IMG/VR virus record: IMGVR_UViG_3300027653_000769
Location: 1 to 64,000 of that record
DNA length: 64,000 bases
Strand: one strand, 5' to 3'
From: a virus
Taxonomy: Duplodnaviria > Caudoviricetes
Shown here: positions 19,858 through 30,739 of the stretch, one piece after another
How positions within the stretch are numbered: the first letter of the stretch is position 1
How the letters are laid out: each line of letters begins with the position of its first letter
The notes under the pieces: model-generated
Told to the model about the DNA's origin: nothing
Seen by the model: only the letters and a program-made list of their open reading frames with translations
The model's database searches: none
Program-made: the position numbers and the translations under genes

Positions 19858-20670
19858 ATGTATGGAGGAGACGGTCAACAAGGTCTATCAATTGTAACAG
19901 AATTTTTTAATACGCAATCTGCAACAGGAGATGTTGGAAGTGCTTTAGCAGGTGCTGCCGTATGGTTTAAGATAGCTATGTGGCTGATTATGACTATTGG
20001 AGCAATTGCAATGGCGGTATGGATTGCACGTATAGCAGTTGATATTGTTTTAATTGTTACAAAAGGTATGGGTAAAGGTGATGGAGCGATTCAAGGATTA
20101 TCTAAATTCGGAACAGGTAAGGATGAAAACTATACCAGCGTTATGAAATATATAAGCGGTAACTTACTTGAAATTATCCTTGTTATAATTCTCATCACAT
20201 TACTAATTACTGGATGGCTATTCCGACTGATTGCACTAGCAATTTCAGGAGTCGGTACACTTGGAAACAAGTTACTTGGTCTTGATATTGGAGGTAAGTT
20301 CTCAGCTATGGATGCAGAAGCATTTATAGAACAGACTGGCGCACAAAGATCTTCTAGTCTACGAAATCAATACGATGAGAACCTTGCATCAGCTAAACAA
20401 TATAGTGCAAACCTATACGAGCAAGCTAAAAACGGTGCAATAAGTGATGACCCACAATTCCAGCAAGTGAAATCTTTCTATACGCAAAGTATGGTTAAGG
20501 CAGACATTTTAGCAGATGAGTTGGAGTCAAGAGATGCAAAAGCAGAGTTTAAGCTTGGAGATGGGTATTTCCAACAGCATTTAAGGCAGAGTGGAGAAGG
20601 TACTTGTAACACAAGTTTCTTAACCCAAGATGTCATGAGTGTTTATAATAAAAATATTTCTTGTCAATAA
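19858..20670 (+). CDS. Pilin/VirB2-like membrane protein with C-terminal soluble domain
   Basis: Strong RBS, two hydrophobic helices separated by a short loop, position in the transfer cluster, own terminator. Confidence 0.5.
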   Translation: MYGGDGQQGLSIVTEFFNTQSATGDVGSALAGAAVWFKIAMWLIMTIGAIAMAVWIARIAVDIVLIVTKGMGKGDGAIQGLSKFGTGKDENYTSVMKYISGNLLEIILVIILITLLITGWLFRLIALAISGVGTLGNKLLGLDIGGKFSAMDAEAFIEQTGAQRSSSLRNQYDENLASAKQYSANLYEQAKNGAISDDPQFQQVKSFYTQSMVKADILADELESRDAKAEFKLGDGYFQQHLRQSGEGTCNTSFLTQDVMSVYNKNISCQ

Positions 20671-20708
20671 GTTTACAATGACTTCTTTTCTTTAAAAGAA
20701 AGATTAAT

Positions 20709-20742
20709 AAGAGCCTTCCCTCTCCGGGAGGGCTTTTATTTT
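20709..20742 (+). terminator. Intrinsic terminator inside the transfer region
   Basis: AAGAGCCTTCCC-tctcc-GGGAGGGCTTTT. Confidence 0.8.
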
Positions 20743-20815
20743 ATAAAAATTGAGGGTGAAAGAGAATTGATGCAGTTAGGAAATAGTCAAGGTAACGACT
20801 ATTATATGGACGGAT

Positions 20816-23800
20816 GTGAGTAAAATGAAGAAAGACTCCTTATTTAAAAAAATAGTATTAATATTAATGATTATTGCCATTGTAGTTCCTAATTTATTAA
20901 GTACAGGGTCTAACTATGTATATGCGAATGAAGAAGACGAAGACGAGGAAGAAGTAGAAGCATCCGATTCGTCTTCTGTAAGCGGAAATATATATAATGC
21001 TGGATATACAAATCATGGGAAAGAAGCTACGGGGGCAATCAAGAAGGCTACGGAGTATGATATACGGTTGCAATATCTAGTTACGTATGCTTTTTTAAGT
21101 CAGAAATACGGTCAAGTAGGATCAAATAGTCAATACAACCAGTTATATACAGGTGGAAATGTAAATGGCGCAGATGATATGAATAACTACTTGAATACAA
21201 GCGCACAAATGGTAATAGATTCTGTAGCTGAGGCTAATGATGACGAACAAGGCAATGGTAGTGCCCACGATCAAAGTACTTCAACAGAAAACAAGGGAGA
21301 TATAGATGAAATAAGTGAAGAATTAGCAGATAAACTAGCGGATAAGATTTCAGATCTCCTAATAAGCCACATCGGAACAGACGAAAAAGCATACAAAGAC
21401 ATTACTAAACAAGCAGTAATGGTTAAAGGTTGGTTAGGGTATGAATCTCAAAAAGGTACAAAATATAATTTACCTAAAATAAAAAACGGGAAGAGGAAAG
21501 CAGGATTAGGTGGAAAAAATCCTAAAAAGTTTCTAAAAAAGAAGTTGAAAAATCATTATGCAAATGAATTAAAAAAATCAATCCCCGTGGAAGCTAAGGA
21601 TGATCCAAACGAAGTAATTAAAGAAGTAACAAGAGGACGATTTCTTTTAGATTATAGCGGAGGGTCCAAGAAGATAACAGTAAGTTCGTTAGCAGATAAA
21701 TTTAGAAAAGATGAACTTGGACTTAAGGATTTAGAAAAACTTAAAGCAAACGTAAAACATGAAAAAAAGGATGGGAGAATTACCCTTGAAATAGATTTAG
21801 CAGCTAAGATAAAGGAAGAAGATCTCAAGAAATATTTATCTTTATACCCAAAGTATACAGGAGACGGAATACGAGACCATATACAAAAAACAGTAGATGA
21901 TTATCTAGATACAAAGGAAGGTAATAAACTTTATAAAAAGTATCAAAAGGCAATAAAAATAGCAACGGAGCAAGAGTCTGATGCATACAATAAAGTTGCG
22001 GGAGATAGTAGAATATTATCTTACATCATTCTACGACCTTCTCTTGATATAGATAAATTTAAAGAAGATAATACTTTTGGAGATTTCGGAGTACATGAAT
22101 TTCAACTTTTAATTGAGAAGGTTGAAAAGGCAAAATTAGATGGGAATAAAATAATAACTGATAGCGGAAAAGATAGGTCTGTGCAGTTAAATGATTTATT
22201 TTATTCAAAAGATAAAGCAACACCCTTATTTGTAATGAGTACTGAAGAAACACAAAACAATTATATGTCTTACTTTTACGGGAATACAGATAAGGAAAAT
22301 GATGGAATTAGTTTAGGTAAATATGCAGGAATACAGGTAAAGGGTAAGGGTTTTTGGGGGAATATAGGAGCAGGGCTTAAAAACATGACCAGCCCACTTC
22401 AATATAAATATTCGTTTAAGGACATCAAAAAGTATGGAACAGGTACAGATAACGATGATTTCCACGAACTAATAACCCGAGCAATTGCTGCATCGTCAAG
22501 TACCGCGGGGTCTAAGATGAACGCGGGAGAACGAAATACCGTCAGTATTGATAACTACGGTAATATCATCAACAGTACTGAAGGGACTATTTTAATTCCC
22601 TATTGGCAGAACGCAACAACAAAAACCCTAATTAATAAACAAGAGGGAAGGGCTTGGATATCACATCCCGTATTTCTCGAAGATGGAGCAACTAAGATAA
22701 TAGATGATTCTGGGGCCTTTTCAAAACTCACAAAAGTCAGAGAGTCTGATATAACCGCTTCTACCGTAAATAAAGCATTTAGTGGAGTAGAGGGGTATAC
22801 AGATGTAAAAGAATCCCAGGTAAATACTATTAAGAATGATTTGGAAAATGCCTCAAACTTCAGTGATGTACAAAAAGTATTTATGAAAGATGGAAAACCC
22901 GACCTAGCAACAATTGATGTAATTGCCAAGATGATTACAGCAGGAACAAAGAACCAGGTAAAAGAGTGGAACGAGGAACACGCGAAGCATGGGGAACAAG
23001 GAGAAGAGTTGTTCGTAGAGACAGATAAGGGGGATTATAATAGCGAAGGTGGAGTAGACAATTTAGAAGAGTACACAAATGCCGATTTAAGAGAACGAAT
23101 TATGATGATCTTAGATTATGGATTTTATGAGGTACTGAGGCTTACCTTCGCAAGTATGGTTGTTGCTATTTATAATTCTGGTTTCGCAGACTTCACATTA
23201 GGAGCAGTATTCCATACAACTACTATAGCGGATACAGCCATATGGTCTGACATAGTAAGGGCAGTAGGATTATTGATCATCGGTTTTATGGCAGTCTATA
23301 TTGTATGGATGGCATTCCGGGTATTTAGGCAAGACATGAGACTCAAGGATTTCTTTAAGCAATTTTTAATAGTCACCTTGATTATACTCATTCCAACTGT
23401 AATATATTCACCCTTAATCAATCTAACAATTAATAAACCTACACCTATGATACTGGGTAAACAAATACAACAGTCTAGTATTTTGGATACTCATCTATAC
23501 TTTGATGAAGAAAGAAGAGAAAGAGATCCATTGTATGCCCATATGTTTGGAAATTTAGGAGAATCTAAAGATCCAACACAGGATTATATCGTGGATTTTT
23601 ATACGACACAGCATAAAAGTGGTTTTGATATTACCAATCCAAGAGCAACAGAAGGGTTAGGTTTTAGAGATCAGGTTAGAAGTGCAAGGGCAATGGAAAC
23701 AGGGAAATGGAACAAGAACGATGTAATCAAAGTTAGTGTATCCATTTTTGATTTATTTGATTGGGTACGTGCTATGGTGGATGGGCCACAGGGGGGAGAT

Positions 23801-26800
23801 CCTGAACCTTACGAGCCTTTGTTTGAATGGCTTGGATCACATGGAGATAAATCGGATCGATACGAGGATATAACTTCCTTTGAAGAATACAGTTTTGATA
23901 CAAACTGGTTAGCTAAAAGACTTGGAGAAGTAGATCACGAAAATAACGAGGGAAGAGTTACCGCTTCTGACTTGTTCATGGAACTATACAGGGCTTCCGC
24001 AGATAAAGATGAAAATGGTAATCTAATTAAAGGTGGTAGAGCTTTAAGCGATCGAATTGTAAACATGTATGAAATATCAAGGTATATGAAATATACTAAC
24101 GATAAGGAAAAAGTAGTTACAATTGAGGAAGTAGATGCCCTTATCCGGGATCTATCCCTTACAGGAGAGGCAAGAATGACTGCCTTTGGAGAAACAAACT
24201 CCCCTAGAGAGGGAATAGCAGGGGTTTCTGACAAAACACATCAATTATGGGAGAGACTTGGATTAGGAGAAGAATTAATTCTTCCAAACAGTGATTATTT
24301 AAACTTGGAAAGGGTTATAGATGACCTAGTTCCTGTACAAGATCCAAATAACACAACAAAAGAACGATATATTTATAACGTAAATGAAAAGGTTCTAAAC
24401 GACTATATCAACGTACAATCTTTTGTACGGGATTCAGTAGGGTCAGCTGATTCTGTAACACAAGCAGAATTCTTAATGATCACATTAAACGAGTTCTTCC
24501 GACTGAACGAAGAAGTGGACATACCAATGTTCCCAACAACAATTAAACCAGAAACAATATCGTTGGATTCGTTTGTACGAATGATTTATATCCCATTGTA
24601 TGAATATAAGGGAGACCCGGAAGGAATCGGTAATTTAGCAGAGTACCTTGCTTTAAGAGATAACCCTATACTATTAATGGTTACGTTCTTACCGGCATTA
24701 GCTGCACTTGCCTTGTGGGGATTGGTGTATTTGGTAGTATTTGGAGTATTAATGATGGTTGTATCTGTTGTTTCGTTCTTCTGGAATTACGTGATAAAAC
24801 AAGATACAAACAATAAGTCTTGGTTGGGATCTCTTATGATCATAGGAACATTTGCTTTAGCAAAAATCGGATTGCTGTTCTTATGGTTTGGAATGTCTTA
24901 TATCATGAACTATATGTATACGAGGATGGAAGGATCAACCTACTCTTATTCCTTTATACATTCCATTATTATTCTAGCGTATATTGTAATATGTTTTAAA
25001 TTTATCTTCTTAAAGGTATTTAAAATGGTAAGAGAAAGCCCACAGGATCTTGGAGCATCTAAATTTCTTGAGGGTGGCAGAAACATTGTAGGAAGAATGA
25101 GTAACAAACGAAGTAATGCACGAAACAATTCAAGAGGAGTAAAACAAGGTAAAAGCAATCCTGCTATTGATGATCGACTTAAAAATGAAGGGGAAAAAGG
25201 CAGGATAGCAGATAGCGCAATTGGAACAACAATTAGAAGTGTAATAAACAAAATGAAAGCAAATGGGTCAAACGAGGGAGATGTAAACGATATTGCCACC
25301 GCTGCGAGTGGAACGGGAAGTAAGATTTCGCAGAGATTCCCTGAAATGGTTAAAGGATTTAGCGGAAGATCCAAAAAGGCTATGCTTGAGTCTTATGACA
25401 ATATACAAGCAATGCCTGCGGGTACAGGAACAGCACCAGATGTTTTAAATGCATTAAAAGAGAGTGGAATGGCAGGACAAATCTTATCTACCACGGCAGA
25501 TGGAACGCAAATTGCAACCATGGCAGTAGGAGATCAAGAACAAGCAAAAATGATTTCAAGCCATCTTAACGATCAAGGAATTGATTCAAGAGTAAATAAA
25601 AAAGGTGATGTTGTTTTTGCCTCCAATGAACACGATTTAAGTAGTCCAGAAGTACGAAAGGGAATGTACGGAGGATTAATAAATGATCTATATAGTGAGG
25701 TAGACGGGGCATCTCAAGTTGAGACAAATAATGAGAACAAGCCAATGGCATATACCAACAATTCCGATGGAACAATATCCATGCATGTAGGAGATAAAGG
25801 TCTATCGACTACCAACCTAGATAACTTAATGAATAGTAAGGCGTTTTCTGAAAACTTCATGGTAGAAGGAACACCTGCTAAACAGGAAAACGGATCATAT
25901 GTACAGGGTTCTCTGGATATTGTACCAAGAAAAGGTGCGGACGTTGATGGAGCGATGCAGAAAATCTTTGCAACGGATGACAATATGAGATCTAGTAGCG
26001 GAGAGCAAGCAAGAGGGGATGGAAACTTAAATAAATCTATCTCTTATGAAGGAATAACTGAGGAAGGAGACGTATACAGTCACTTGGAGGACGGTATGAT
26101 GGTCCAAGAAGATAAGGTTTTATATGACAGTAAGGATCGCTCCCATGTAAAGTCCATTAATAAGATTACAAACGAAATAAGAAATAAATCGGATGCACAA
26201 TATAACGATAAGATTGATTTAATGACAAAGTTATCTTCCCAAACAGCTTTAGGAGGAAACAATGGATTTGAAATGTCTTACGCAAATACTTCACAAAGCA
26301 AAGGGGTAGAAAGAGCAGCGAAAGCGGCCGGTTTAGCAGGAGACAATGTAGAATCTGTTGTATATGCAGGAGATAATGCAGAAAAGGTAGCAAACCAGGT
26401 TAAATCAATGAAAGGATTCAGTCAGATAAGTCCAACAGAAATTCAAAGTTATCATGTTGCCCAAGACAAGCTATTTAGAGAAGGGGAGACTATGTTATTA
26501 GCAGGTAAGGGCGAGGATAAATATGATAAAGCCATTAATAAGCTATCTAAAATGGCAGTTGATGTAGGCGGAGACGAAGGTAAGATAAATAACTTCATGG
26601 ATCAATACAGTGAGTTAGGTGTTAAGAAAAATAACGCTGAATTGCTTCCAGAAGAATACAATGAAAAGGTTGAAATGTTGTTTAACGATATGCAATTGAG
26701 TATGCAGGATGAAGGCATCTATACGAAGGCATTGACAACAGAAATGAGTAAGAATAAGAAAACACCTAGTAAAGCAAAAGAAGCCTTAAAAGAATTTACA

Positions 26801-27007
26801 ATGTCTAAGAGAGAATTAACCAATAAAGGTGTAGAACCAGACATGGTAGATCAGTTACAGAACAGCGACTTTAATGAGTTAATGGGAACTGTAGATAACG
26901 TGCAAGATATAGAAGCAAGAGAAGATGGTACAATTAAGATAACATCTGATGAACGGTTAGATGAAGGAGATACGGCAAGGTTAATAGATAAGATAAGTAA
27001 GCAATAG
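20816..27007 (+). CDS. Giant polytopic membrane protein, extended VirB6-like mating-pair component
   Basis: Signal peptide, two TM clusters (about aa 770-870 and 1285-1400), large soluble domains, upstream of the VirB3/VirB4-like genes. Confidence 0.65.
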   Translation: MSKMKKDSLFKKIVLILMIIAIVVPNLLSTGSNYVYANEEDEDEEEVEASDSSSVSGNIYNAGYTNHGKEATGAIKKATEYDIRLQYLVTYAFLSQKYGQVGSNSQYNQLYTGGNVNGADDMNNYLNTSAQMVIDSVAEANDDEQGNGSAHDQSTSTENKGDIDEISEELADKLADKISDLLISHIGTDEKAYKDITKQAVMVKGWLGYESQKGTKYNLPKIKNGKRKAGLGGKNPKKFLKKKLKNHYANELKKSIPVEAKDDPNEVIKEVTRGRFLLDYSGGSKKITVSSLADKFRKDELGLKDLEKLKANVKHEKKDGRITLEIDLAAKIKEEDLKKYLSLYPKYTGDGIRDHIQKTVDDYLDTKEGNKLYKKYQKAIKIATEQESDAYNKVAGDSRILSYIILRPSLDIDKFKEDNTFGDFGVHEFQLLIEKVEKAKLDGNKIITDSGKDRSVQLNDLFYSKDKATPLFVMSTEETQNNYMSYFYGNTDKENDGISLGKYAGIQVKGKGFWGNIGAGLKNMTSPLQYKYSFKDIKKYGTGTDNDDFHELITRAIAASSSTAGSKMNAGERNTVSIDNYGNIINSTEGTILIPYWQNATTKTLINKQEGRAWISHPVFLEDGATKIIDDSGAFSKLTKVRESDITASTVNKAFSGVEGYTDVKESQVNTIKNDLENASNFSDVQKVFMKDGKPDLATIDVIAKMITAGTKNQVKEWNEEHAKHGEQGEELFVETDKGDYNSEGGVDNLEEYTNADLRERIMMILDYGFYEVLRLTFASMVVAIYNSGFADFTLGAVFHTTTIADTAIWSDIVRAVGLLIIGFMAVYIVWMAFRVFRQDMRLKDFFKQFLIVTLIILIPTVIYSPLINLTINKPTPMILGKQIQQSSILDTHLYFDEERRERDPLYAHMFGNLGESKDPTQDYIVDFYTTQHKSGFDITNPRATEGLGFRDQVRSARAMETGKWNKNDVIKVSVSIFDLFDWVRAMVDGPQGGDPEPYEPLFEWLGSHGDKSDRYEDITSFEEYSFDTNWLAKRLGEVDHENNEGRVTASDLFMELYRASADKDENGNLIKGGRALSDRIVNMYEISRYMKYTNDKEKVVTIEEVDALIRDLSLTGEARMTAFGETNSPREGIAGVSDKTHQLWERLGLGEELILPNSDYLNLERVIDDLVPVQDPNNTTKERYIYNVNEKVLNDYINVQSFVRDSVGSADSVTQAEFLMITLNEFFRLNEEVDIPMFPTTIKPETISLDSFVRMIYIPLYEYKGDPEGIGNLAEYLALRDNPILLMVTFLPALAALALWGLVYLVVFGVLMMVVSVVSFFWNYVIKQDTNNKSWLGSLMIIGTFALAKIGLLFLWFGMSYIMNYMYTRMEGSTYSYSFIHSIIILAYIVICFKFIFLKVFKMVRESPQDLGASKFLEGGRNIVGRMSNKRSNARNNSRGVKQGKSNPAIDDRLKNEGEKGRIADSAIGTTIRSVINKMKANGSNEGDVNDIATAASGTGSKISQRFPEMVKGFSGRSKKAMLESYDNIQAMPAGTGTAPDVLNALKESGMAGQILSTTADGTQIATMAVGDQEQAKMISSHLNDQGIDSRVNKKGDVVFASNEHDLSSPEVRKGMYGGLINDLYSEVDGASQVETNNENKPMAYTNNSDGTISMHVGDKGLSTTNLDNLMNSKAFSENFMVEGTPAKQENGSYVQGSLDIVPRKGADVDGAMQKIFATDDNMRSSSGEQARGDGNLNKSISYEGITEEGDVYSHLEDGMMVQEDKVLYDSKDRSHVKSINKITNEIRNKSDAQYNDKIDLMTKLSSQTALGGNNGFEMSYANTSQSKGVERAAKAAGLAGDNVESVVYAGDNAEKVANQVKSMKGFSQISPTEIQSYHVAQDKLFREGETMLLAGKGEDKYDKAINKLSKMAVDVGGDEGKINNFMDQYSELGVKKNNAELLPEEYNEKVEMLFNDMQLSMQDEGIYTKALTTEMSKNKKTPSKAKEALKEFTMSKRELTNKGVEPDMVDQLQNSDFNELMGTVDNVQDIEAREDGTIKITSDERLDEGDTARLIDKISKQ

Positions 27008-27016
27008 ATAACAAAT

Positions 27017-27051
27017 GAAGGGGTAGTTCCTAAACGGGCTACCTCTTTTTT
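27017..27051 (+). terminator. Intrinsic terminator inside the transfer region
   Basis: GAAGGGGTAGTTC...GGGCTACCTCTT plus T-tract. Confidence 0.7.
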
Positions 27052-27166
27052 ATTTGAAAGAAAAAGGATACTGAAAGGATTTAAAAAGTAATGGAAAGAC
27101 ATAATTGTTAGTTACTGTGTATAAATAAGAAGATGGAGTAACTTAAATGGATGGAGGTAGAGAGAC

Positions 27167-28660
27167 TTGAGTTATTTTGGAAACGATAAAAAAATGTATG
27201 TACCGTTATCCATAGATACCGTTGAGGCGGAGAGAATGAATTACTTTTTCTCAAACCAAAAAATGATTTATGCGGTAGTTGCTTTTCTTCCTCTTTTTAT
27301 ATTGCTTTACCCTTTAATAGATGGTGGAGTGAGTATTCTACCCTTGATCATCGTTGTAGCAGTTTACTTATTCGGGTACACATATTTCTTTCGGTTTATT
27401 ATATTTGAGGAGAAACGGCTAAGGAACATGGTAAGGGAGTTAGACGCAAATAGAGTTTCGGGGGTCGACCATTTTTGGGGAATAGATAAAATTGGTGGAG
27501 GAGAGACCGATGATGGAATGATCTATTATGCATATAAAGGAAGTTCAAAAGGAACGACAAGGGGGTTGGTGATAAAGTTCGACCGGGGATCGACTGTGGG
27601 AGTTCCGTATGGACATTATAAAAACTTTAGAAAAACAAAACAAAACTTTATGAGAAAGTTGCATACAAGTGGGTTTGATTTCCAATGGTACGAGTTGCAG
27701 AAAAAACCAGAACTACAGGATTCTTTAATAGATTATGCGGATAAATTAAGTCAGATAGGAAATGAGTATCATCAAAAATTATTGAAATTGCAATTAAATA
27801 TTCAAGTTGTGTTTTCTATGAGTGCGGATCAACGATATGAGGATTACATTGTAGTGAAACGATCCAATTTCAGTAAGGATTTCAAATTGCTTCTTGAATC
27901 CATTATAGACGAAACTTTGGGGCAAAACGGATACATTGTTAATCCACATGTGTTAAATAAGCGAGAAGTAGAAGGGTTCTTTAAGAATTACTTAATGATT
28001 GATTCTCTTGATAGTGACAGTATTCGTAAGTCGGTCGATATAGAGCCATTTGAGAATTTCGCAAAAGTCCATCGTTTAGTGGACGGGAAAGGGCAGGAAG
28101 TACCTATCCAGTTTATCGATGATTTAGATATAGATGTATACAGGGATAGACCAATTGAACAAGAAATGAAGACAGCAGAGAGGAAAGAAAAAGTACGGGA
28201 AGAGTTACGACAAAAGAACTTTAAAATAGAACAAGATAAGTTAAATAGAAGACGTAACCGGGATATGCTTTCACACAATGAATATTTAGAAGAAAAACGA
28301 AAACTAGAAGAGGCGTATCACCCGGACAATTATAATCCGAATGCAGAAAGAGATAGGATACAGCAAGCGAGAGAGAAGGAACAACAAGAAAAAGCGAGAA
28401 TGAGGGAAGAAAAGAGAAACAGGAATAAGCCAAAAGATGAACCAATTAAAATTAGAGAATTTGATTTGAACGAACCAACAGAAAGACAGGTCATTTCGGG
28501 GGATGAGTCCTTGGATTCCATGTTACAAAACCAATTTAAGAGAGTGAAACAGGAAGAACCTCAAGCGGATGAAGGTCAACAAGAAGAGGGAGAGCAGACA
28601 GATCAACAAACAGAGCAAACTTCCTTAGACGATTTAATCAAAAGACGGGAGAAGATGTAG
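27167..28660 (+). CDS. VirB3/PrgI-like 2-TM protein with long cytoplasmic extension
   Basis: Two N-terminal TM, coiled-coil C-terminus, upstream of VirB4. Confidence 0.55.
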   Translation: MSYFGNDKKMYVPLSIDTVEAERMNYFFSNQKMIYAVVAFLPLFILLYPLIDGGVSILPLIIVVAVYLFGYTYFFRFIIFEEKRLRNMVRELDANRVSGVDHFWGIDKIGGGETDDGMIYYAYKGSSKGTTRGLVIKFDRGSTVGVPYGHYKNFRKTKQNFMRKLHTSGFDFQWYELQKKPELQDSLIDYADKLSQIGNEYHQKLLKLQLNIQVVFSMSADQRYEDYIVVKRSNFSKDFKLLLESIIDETLGQNGYIVNPHVLNKREVEGFFKNYLMIDSLDSDSIRKSVDIEPFENFAKVHRLVDGKGQEVPIQFIDDLDIDVYRDRPIEQEMKTAERKEKVREELRQKNFKIEQDKLNRRRNRDMLSHNEYLEEKRKLEEAYHPDNYNPNAERDRIQQAREKEQQEKARMREEKRNRNKPKDEPIKIREFDLNEPTERQVISGDESLDSMLQNQFKRVKQEEPQADEGQQEEGEQTDQQTEQTSLDDLIKRREKM

Positions 28661-28663
28661 TAA

Positions 28664-29050
28664 ATGTGGATAATATCAGCAGGAAGGCAGACAGAATCAG
28701 TTACAAAAGTGGCAAAGGAATATTATGAGGATCAGACAATCTTAGAAATAGATATGATTGAAAATCTTTTACAAATAGTACAGAGAAAAGGGAAAAACAG
28801 TTTAAGTGAATTAACGTGTATTGGAATAATGGATGCAGGAATTTATTCTTTAAAAGACTGGCGACCTCTGTTTCAGATCACTAAACAATTCAAGGATATT
28901 CCGTTCATTATTTATTCGAGATATCCCAATATGACACCTAAAAGCAGTATTTTTGGGGAAAACGTAAAGTTGGTTTTATCGGAGGATGAAATTTCTGTGA
29001 CAGATTTTGTGAGAAGAATGAAATTACATGAACAGCAGGCAGATAAGTAA
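28664..29050 (+). CDS. Small protein, possible pseudo-receiver fold
   Basis: Alternating beta/alpha pattern, CIGIMD, IPFIIYS. Confidence 0.5.
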   Translation: MWIISAGRQTESVTKVAKEYYEDQTILEIDMIENLLQIVQRKGKNSLSELTCIGIMDAGIYSLKDWRPLFQITKQFKDIPFIIYSRYPNMTPKSSIFGENVKLVLSEDEISVTDFVRRMKLHEQQADK

Positions 29051-29070
29051 GAAAGAGAGGAGGGTGTTCC

Positions 29071-30738
29071 ATGGCAAAATACGGAGTAGTTGCAGGAGAT
29101 CTTGCCACACCACTTATTACAAATGAAATATTAAAGGATTTTAGTGATATAGAAATTACCTATACACCATTCACAATGAAACGTATGATAGATGATTTAT
29201 CTTCAACAGGAGGACTAACTGTACGAGATTTAAAAGCAGTTCTAATAATAGATTTTGCTTTTGATGAATCAGATCCACAAAAGGCAGCAGAGGAATTTGT
29301 TGCAATACAGGATCTAATGCATACGAATTCTTTATCAGATGTGACATTATATTTAGTTACAAGAAATAGCGATTTATACGAAAAGCTAAAAGGAACAGTT
29401 GCAGGAATATCAGGAACTTATTTCGAGGGAACACAGATTTTCATTATTAAGGGGGATTATACACCTCAATTAATTAAAGGAATCTTACAGGGAGAAAGAG
29501 ATAACCAAGATTTATATAACAAGGAAGCCTATCACCGTAAGTCAAAGGAACAAAGAATTAGGGAGGATATGGAAGCGGAGATAGAGAGTAGAAGAAATCT
29601 AAATCAAGAGTACATTGATTTTGATAAAACAGATCCCGTTTCTGTTATTTCACAAAAAGACTACCTGGATACAGCACAAAGAAGACAGGCCGATGAGGAA
29701 AAAAGAAAAGCACAAATGCAAGCAGAAAAGGATAGGCAGCGTAATGAAAAACGAAATAAAACCAATAAGGCAACTAAAGAGGAACAGCAACCTTCTCCAC
29801 GGGTAAAAGTGAATATACAAAATAAATCTCAAAGAAAAGTAACACCTTCCGTAAGCAATAATATTGATTTAGTAGGATTGCAGGACGTATTTAAAAATGT
29901 AAAAGAAGCTAGAACTGAAATATCTATCGGCAAGTTAGAAACGGATAAAGGAATCATTTCTATAGTAGGAGATTATACTGCGGGGGCAAGCGGTATAGTT
30001 GCCAATGTAGCCGATATGTATGCTATTGCAAATAGAGATGTATTGATCATTGACTTAGATATTGAAAATAGAGCACAAACCCTTTATTTTAACCAGTACG
30101 ATAAGGCGGTAAAGGAACAACAAGGTACTTCCGATTCCTTAATTGAAGTTGTGCAGGGTTATGATATTAAAAGTACAGTTGTTCCAGTAAGTAAGAAAGT
30201 TGATATTTTATCCATAAGTAGGGAAGACGAGGTGAATTTTTCCTGGGTAGACGCAGTAGGTGGTAGCTTAGAAAGTATATTACTCGAGGCAAGACGCTTG
30301 TATGATATTGTCATTCTTGATATTCCAATTAGATTATTTCCCAAATACCTGAAGTCTTTAGAGGAAATTAACCGTAACCTATTTGTAGTAGAAAATAAGT
30401 ATTATAAAATCGAGTCTTTCTTTGAACATTCCCTACATCCTATTCTACTAGAAGAAGAGTATTCCGACTTAATGGAGGAATTTATCAAAAAGTCCAACAT
30501 TGTGATTAATATGTTTGAAAGAGGAAGAAGGGATATAGAAGGAAACGAAATAAACCGCCATTATTTAAGAGAACTGCTGGATAACGTAGGATATCCATAC
30601 GACCGTATAGGGGTTGCAGGAGAAATACCTTTTTATGATAAGTGGGAGGAACAATATTTCACAGGAGTTAGGCATGTGTGGCGGGATTCCCTTGCGTTAG
30701 GAGTTTACAAGAGGGTGTTTGGAAAGGTGGTTATTTAA
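29071..30738 (+). CDS. MinD/ParA/CpaE-like protein with degenerate Walker A
   Basis: IISIVGDYTAGASGIVANVA, DVLIIDLD, YDIVILDIP, IVINMF, GEIPF. Confidence 0.7.
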   Translation: MAKYGVVAGDLATPLITNEILKDFSDIEITYTPFTMKRMIDDLSSTGGLTVRDLKAVLIIDFAFDESDPQKAAEEFVAIQDLMHTNSLSDVTLYLVTRNSDLYEKLKGTVAGISGTYFEGTQIFIIKGDYTPQLIKGILQGERDNQDLYNKEAYHRKSKEQRIREDMEAEIESRRNLNQEYIDFDKTDPVSVISQKDYLDTAQRRQADEEKRKAQMQAEKDRQRNEKRNKTNKATKEEQQPSPRVKVNIQNKSQRKVTPSVSNNIDLVGLQDVFKNVKEARTEISIGKLETDKGIISIVGDYTAGASGIVANVADMYAIANRDVLIIDLDIENRAQTLYFNQYDKAVKEQQGTSDSLIEVVQGYDIKSTVVPVSKKVDILSISREDEVNFSWVDAVGGSLESILLEARRLYDIVILDIPIRLFPKYLKSLEEINRNLFVVENKYYKIESFFEHSLHPILLEEEYSDLMEEFIKKSNIVINMFERGRRDIEGNEINRHYLRELLDNVGYPYDRIGVAGEIPFYDKWEEQYFTGVRHVWRDSLALGVYKRVFGKVVI

Positions 30739-30739
30739 G

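Noticed and set aside
29071-30738. Plasmid partition ParA
   Set aside because: P-loop lysines absent, no parB or centromere repeats nearby, embedded in the transfer operon
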